Below, in pieces: positions 58,438 through 64,000 of a stretch of DNA of 64,000 nucleotides. The notes under the pieces are model-generated. The model had not been told where the DNA came from, made no database searches, and was given only the letters and a program-made list of their open reading frames with translations. A program made the position numbers and the translations under genes. The stretch's first letter is position 1. Every line of letters begins with the position of its first letter. The stretch is taken from NCBI GenBank assembly GCA_977018835.1, contig OZ361256.1, forward strand, positions 6,200,001 through 6,264,000, written 5' to 3'. This stretch comes from Minutocellus sp. GHC0000111. Taxonomy: Eukaryota.

Positions 58438-58784
58438 GTTTGCACTATTCTCCTACTCAATAAATGCATCAATGTTATCGGCAATTTGGCGCTCAAGTGA
58501 AGATATTTCACCGCATTGCAAAATTTTGTCTCTTTTTGCGGGGACGGTTGAGGCGGCAGTGCCCGACGGTTTTCTGTCCGGTCGTTCGCACTTGTCTTGC
58601 GGCGGCACGGCCGGCTTGCTTCCTCCAATGTAAACACTCCCTGAAGTACAGGCACCGGTACCGGTAAGTAGAGTCGGACGGGAGTGGGCGACGAATGTGG
58701 CCATGGCAGGAGCATTAGATCTAGATCTACGTGCAATTCTTGAATTACACATCACATATTTTATCTTGGATTCGTATAATAAAT

Positions 58785-61344
58785 TTACATGCTTGTCGCC
58801 CGATGGCCCTCCAGGAATAGACGGCTCAGTTCCAGCTTCTCGGCTTCCTCCACCGTGTTGCAGGGCGTCAAAGTCCAAACCTCGAGGTTAAGGATCTCAA
58901 AGGGACTCCCATCGGAATGCTTCTTTGACAGTGGTGGAGAGTTGAAGGTCAAGCACGGGCTCGACATGCCATTCAGCAAGTTATCCTCAATGGCCAAGCC
59001 AAAACCGAACGGAGGAGAATCCTCCGTGTCCCAAGATGTCTTCTGGTCGCCTTCAGCAAAGTCCACCTTGGCATCTCCGCTTTCGTCTCCACTATCTTTC
59101 TTCTTATTAGTCTTTGTACCACCACCGATGGCAATCTTATTCGATGTACATAGTTGAACAAAGTTATTCTCGCCAGTCCAGGGAAACACATCAAGCTCGC
59201 TTTCCATCTGCGCTTGATCAATAATGGAATGACAATGAGTGTCACGGCCGCGGCGCATACGCCAAAGAAACGCCTCGCCGCTGCCAAAGTAGTTCCAATT
59301 CTTGCGCCACGCACTGGAGCAAAATGCGCCAAATACTTCGCCCTCAACCGTTTCTATAGCAACAATCGTATGTTTGGCTCCACGGACGTTTTGTAGAAGG
59401 GAGTGCAGTGACGCACCATCCCGGACCAAGGAGAACTTCAGACAAAAGTTGTCCTCCGATACCGCATAAGGGAAGAACGGTTGCAGGCTCTCCATAAGCG
59501 GAGGCGACAAGACATGCGGATGACAATCAACGTCATCGGCCGACGTTCCCAGAATGAAAAAGGGTATAGAGCTATAGCCAACTGCATATTCATCCTGCAA
59601 GACATTCCACGCATCTTGGATCTCGGGCTCGCTTTCCAAATCCCAATCGTCATTCTCATTAGCAAAATCGAAGAGATCGCCGTTGGAATCGTTGTCGCCA
59701 TACAAACCATCATCCGAGAGTGTTCGTCGGAACATGCTGGATCTCACAAAGTCATCAATGGCCATCGCCTTGAAGCTTTGGTCAACCGTGAGCATGCTCT
59801 CACTGGCCTCCGACAGCAAAGATCGGTATTTCCGAGCATTGTCGATCGAGTCGAGCTTGAGAATTGCACTCTTGGCCGGTGACGCAGGGGCATCCTCCAC
59901 CATATCGGCAATCTCGAAGCCTTCGCCGTCGTAGTTATTCTTGGAGGCCATCCGCATCATTACCGGACGTGAATTCTTGGTAGCAGCCGCCGCAGCGGCA
60001 GCCTTGGCGGCGGTCACCGCTTCATCTTCTGGCTCATCAGCGCTCATACTCGCCCTTGGGCTAGTGATGGGCGATTCGTCAAAAGTCAATACACTGTCTG
60101 CAACGCTGATGTTGCGCTGAAGTCCCACATCTCCAATCTCCGAAAGGAAGGATTGCGATCGGACCGGGTTGGCTCGATGGAGATTCAAGCTCGGCGCTGC
60201 GCTACTCATGGACAAAACCGAATTGGATCGGATGGGATTGGCCCGGTGGAGATTCAGACTCGGTGCAGGACTGATGGCACTGCCAACCGACATGAAGGAG
60301 TCCGATCGGAGGGTATTGGCCCGGTGTAGATTGAGGCTAGGTGCGGCACTAACCACACTGCCGAGAGACATGGCGGAATCGCTCCGAATGGGATGGGCAT
60401 GCCGGATCGAAGGGATAGCGATAACAACCGAGCCCGGCTCATCTCCACGGCAACCTGCCTCCTTGCCGAGGGTGGCAATCTATTGAGGGACGAGGATCGA
60501 CGGAGAATGGTCGGTGGGCGACCGGGTAGACGAGACGGAGGAGGCCGATCGCCAGGAATGTCAATCTTGTTGAACTGCATGTCATCCTCGGAGAACTCGT
60601 GGAGGGTATGACCACCTGCAAACTTGACGGACCGGACGGAACCCACACTGATGGACCGACGGTTCATGCCACCCTCGCTATCGGACGCGCCGATGCCCAC
60701 AGGACGGGCAATCTTGCCAGGGCTATCCGGAACCGGAGCACTGGCAGTGCTGGTATTGAGGCCGGCGATGTCCTCCTCAATCTCGTCTTCAAAGAGCTCA
60801 TCGTCGCTGGCCCGACGCTCGTGCTCCGGTCGTGGTTGGTCTGGTGGCTGGCAAAGTGATGGCGGATCCGCTCGATTGGCTTCTCTCCCTTCTTGGTTGT
60901 GTTCGCCGTCTTCTTGGCAGCAGCGGTAGCGTTGACATCGTCTCCAGTTTGGTGCGGGTCATCACCATCCTCATCCTCGTCATCGTCATCGTTGTGCTCG
61001 ACGACGAAGGAAGCGTCCGACGCAAAGCTCGCGTACGACCGGCTGGGCGGCCCCTGGCGCCTGCCGGGCCCGCTTTTGGCATCGTCGTCGTCATTGCCTG
61101 CTGCCAATACAATTCCACTGGAGTCTTTCGCGGCGGCAAAGGTTACCGACGAGACGGCCGTATGTTCAGTATTGGCCGTGTCGGTGGTTGCTGTGGAGGT
61201 GGTCCGAGAAGCCCCACCGCCGGCTGCTGATGCTCCTCCAGGCGCGGACGGCAATCCCTCGGCAGCGGCAGCTGCAGCCGTCAATGCTGCGGCTGCCGCA
61301 TCGTCGGGCCTCCGCTTGCCGGGGGGCGACCGGCTGGCAATCAT
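58785..61344 (-). CDS. TLDc (OXR1-like) domain protein; two apparent frameshifts at ~60880 and ~60480
   Basis: FSLVRDGASL, GEVFGAF, YFGSGEAFLW, IAIGGG, FGLAIE and FEILNLEVW. The N-terminal low-complexity part is spread over three frames with no evident intron. Confidence 0.85.
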
Positions 61345-62024
61345 GACGTACGTCAAGTTCAGTTATTTCGACTGTATGAAACGAAATCAAATGAATGGGA
61401 AACAACCGAACGCGGTTGGAAGCGGTGGAACGTCTGGACTATTGATTGTGCTGGCTGACCAAACGAGAGGTCCAATGACACGCCGAGGCCGAGGTATTAT
61501 TGCTGATGCTGTGGCACGATATGTGCTGGCTTTTGGGGTTGCAAAAGATACGGCCCTGTTCGACCAGTTATATGAGATGCGCGCCAATGGGGGGGGGGGT
61601 TAATCTTATCTCTCGCTCTTTTGGGTTTGGCGCTTTGCTTTGTGTATGGTGGTGCTCAGTGTCAATGTCAGGTCGCCGAGCAAGATTGCGAACGCTGGGT
61701 CGTTTGAAGCAGCCACCAGCCATCGTGCTTCCGCCGATTTCGGCGATGGGGGTCAGAAAAAAAAATGAAAATTTCGTTGACGTAATCATGTGCTGTGCGG
61801 GCTTTCGAAAAGGGCCTTGTCGGGACCAACACGTGCCGAAAGCCGCCAAGCAAAGCGAAATCCGGCCTGAACAGTCAGCTCAGCCAGTGCAAGGTAGCAG
61901 GCCAGCTACGACCAGCTAGCTAGTAGTACTTCAACTGCTCGGATTCGGCTACACTTGCAACTGAATTCCATTCATTCGTTCACATTGCATCTTTTGAGTT
62001 TTCCCCCCAAAAAAGCAGAAAAAA

Positions 62025-64000
62025 ATGAGCACGTCATCATCATCTTCTTCTGCTGCTGCTGCCGCCGACACCAATACCAACGCAAGAGGAGGCGACAGCT
62101 GGGTCGACGACCTCCGCCTCGTCCCCATCCCCTCTTCTTCCTCATCGCCGTCGTCTGCAGCCGCTGATTCTGCTGCCAACTTCGACAACGATGGTCACGC
62201 CTTCAATGTGCTTTCGTTCAATATCCTGGCCGAGGCCTACCTAACTCCGCGGTCGCATCCCGGCCTGCCAGCAAGACATGCGCAGGTGGTCTTTACCCCC
62301 ACCAAGCGTCGGGAGTTGCTCGTCCAAACTCTGAGAAAATTTGCCGGCAAGAATGGAAATTTCTACGAGGCGATGGACGAATGTGTGGAGGAAAAAGAAA
62401 AAGATAAGGATAAGTTGGACAGATTTGACATCCTGTGCCTGCAGGAGGTCGATCTGCCCGATCTCATATTTCCGCTGATGAAAAGTCTGGGATATGGATG
62501 CGTCCATGCCTTGGACAACGACGTGCCGTCTTCCGACAATGCCAGCATGGGTGACGCAACGAGCGGCGATGACAGCAGCCAAAAGGATTCCAAGCCCAAG
62601 CCCATGCCCAAACCATCCCGCGGACGGGACCGTCCCAAGGCCAAATCGGACACCTGCGCCATCTTTTACTCCACCGACCGCTTCCGTCTCATCGCCTCGC
62701 AAATCATTGAATTTGACGATTTGGCAGGTGGACCGGCATTATCCAGGGAAGAGCAACCCCGGACCAAGAGTGGGATCAGCCGTGCCCGCAGGGGCAGGGG
62801 TGGCACGCCCACCCAGGCGTTGAGCGGGATGATTCAGAGTTACCGAAGACGGAATCGCGCGGTCATGGCCGTGTTGGAGTTGATCGATGACGATGGTTCC
62901 AAAAGCAGAAGGAGGAGGATATGCGTGGCCAACGGACATTTGTACTGGCATCCCGGCTACGAGTACGTGAAGCTCAGCCAGGCCAAGTACTGGACGGAAA
63001 AGGTGGAGGCATTCGCCAAACAACACGTCACCGACAAAGACAAGGAGAAAAATGATAGATTGCCAGTCATTCTGTGCGGCGATCTCAACTCCAAGCCCGG
63101 ATCGGCCGTCCATACCTTTTTGGCCGAGGGGACGGTGGATGCCCGGGCGGTGGCTCCGTGGAATCCTAAATATTATGACGCGATGGATGCCGATTTGGCC
63201 GAGCTGGAGGTGGCCGACAAGAAGGGATCGAGACGGAAGGCGGGCAAGAATGGGGGTGATCGTGGGGCATTGATAACGAAAGATCCGCACAGCGAGGATG
63301 ATCCGGTGGTGCCACTCGAAGAGGACGAAGAACAAGAAAGTGCTGCTATGGTCAATGGTGGCTCCGATGATGGTGACGACGACATGACCGATGCCGTCCA
63401 AAATCTCAAGCTGAAATGCGAGTGGCGCAAGGTCGGTGGAGCCGACGCCGACGACTACACCGCCATGGCCCTCACGCCCGGCAACGGCCTCAAGAAGATC
63501 CAGGCGCCGGTATATCGGAGCAAGGAGATTCACGACACGACGCCCCGAGCGAATGATGATTCCTCGCCGAGATATTTGTGCGATTATACATTGAATCGCT
63601 TCACTCGTTGGTTGCGCATATTGGGGGTCGATGCGGCTCTGGAAACTCAAGAGGAGGAGAAGGAACGGACAAAGAGTAACAACCCGACGTTGTTTCGGCG
63701 CTGCCGATCGGAACGAAGGACGCTGCTGACAACCTCCAAGAATCTATTGTTGCGCAAGGACTGCCCACCGGGAGCATATCTGATCGATCCCAAGAAAACA
63801 TCGGATCTCGAAAAAGCCATGGTGCAGCTCTTCCTTACGCATGGCGTGGTGCTTCGGCCGAGCGAGTTTGTAACTCGATGCGTCGTTTGCAACGGTACCA
63901 TTTATACGGTGGCCAACGAGGAAGACAAGGCCAAGATATTCGAGGCCAATGGATGTCCGAATCTAAAAACAGATCTGTCGGTGTATGCCTGCAATGGTTG
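62025..64000 (+). CDS. CCR4/Angel-type EEP nuclease fused to a Mut7-C RNase domain (runs off the window end)
   Basis: One frame from ATG 62025: VLSFNILAE, LCLQEVD, NGHLYWHP, CGDLNS, then YLCDYTLNRFTRWLRILGVD, RTLLTTS and TRCVVCNG. Confidence 0.85.
   Translation, partial: MSTSSSSSSAAAAADTNTNARGGDSWVDDLRLVPIPSSSSSPSSAAADSAANFDNDGHAFNVLSFNILAEAYLTPRSHPGLPARHAQVVFTPTKRRELLVQTLRKFAGKNGNFYEAMDECVEEKEKDKDKLDRFDILCLQEVDLPDLIFPLMKSLGYGCVHALDNDVPSSDNASMGDATSGDDSSQKDSKPKPMPKPSRGRDRPKAKSDTCAIFYSTDRFRLIASQIIEFDDLAGGPALSREEQPRTKSGISRARRGRGGTPTQALSGMIQSYRRRNRAVMAVLELIDDDGSKSRRRRICVANGHLYWHPGYEYVKLSQAKYWTEKVEAFAKQHVTDKDKEKNDRLPVILCGDLNSKPGSAVHTFLAEGTVDARAVAPWNPKYYDAMDADLAELEVADKKGSRRKAGKNGGDRGALITKDPHSEDDPVVPLEEDEEQESAAMVNGGSDDGDDDMTDAVQNLKLKCEWRKVGGADADDYTAMALTPGNGLKKIQAPVYRSKEIHDTTPRANDDSSPRYLCDYTLNRFTRWLRILGVDAALETQEEEKERTKSNNPTLFRRCRSERRTLLTTSKNLLLRKDCPPGAYLIDPKKTSDLEKAMVQLFLTHGVVLRPSEFVTRCVVCNGTIYTVANEEDKAKIFEANGCPNLKTDLSVYACNG

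Overview
This window is eukaryotic nuclear DNA, most likely from a diatom. The basis is short GT-AG introns, stramenopile signal/ASAF-type targeting peptides, RXL propeptide sites, diatom-type gene families and a bacterial-type class I aldolase. It holds about 30 protein-coding genes: a tandemly duplicated two-gene cassette with a mariner-type (DD38D) transposon between the copies, an ankyrin-DnaJ protein, a PUS/2OG/FkbM fusion, two S1 proteases, a coiled-coil protein, selenoprotein T with an atypical SECIS, a Nei-UNG fusion, a TRP-like channel, an M8-like metalloprotease, enoyl-CoA hydratase, a complex I subunit, a steroid-reductase-like gene followed by a MITE, aldolase, GUF1, a cold-shock protein, bestrophin, a TLDc protein and an EEP-Mut7C fusion. 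The most striking feature is a secreted polyprotein (17173-19729) in which RRL/RKL-delimited Cys-rich peptides sit between two complete 2OG-Fe(II) oxygenase domains, suggesting a self-modifying RiPP-like or cell-wall peptide precursor. Eleven genes carry frameshifts or in-frame stops, which reflects either real decay or assembly error. Palindromic TA-flanked footprints recur in non-coding DNA. All family calls come from motif recognition only; no database searches were run.
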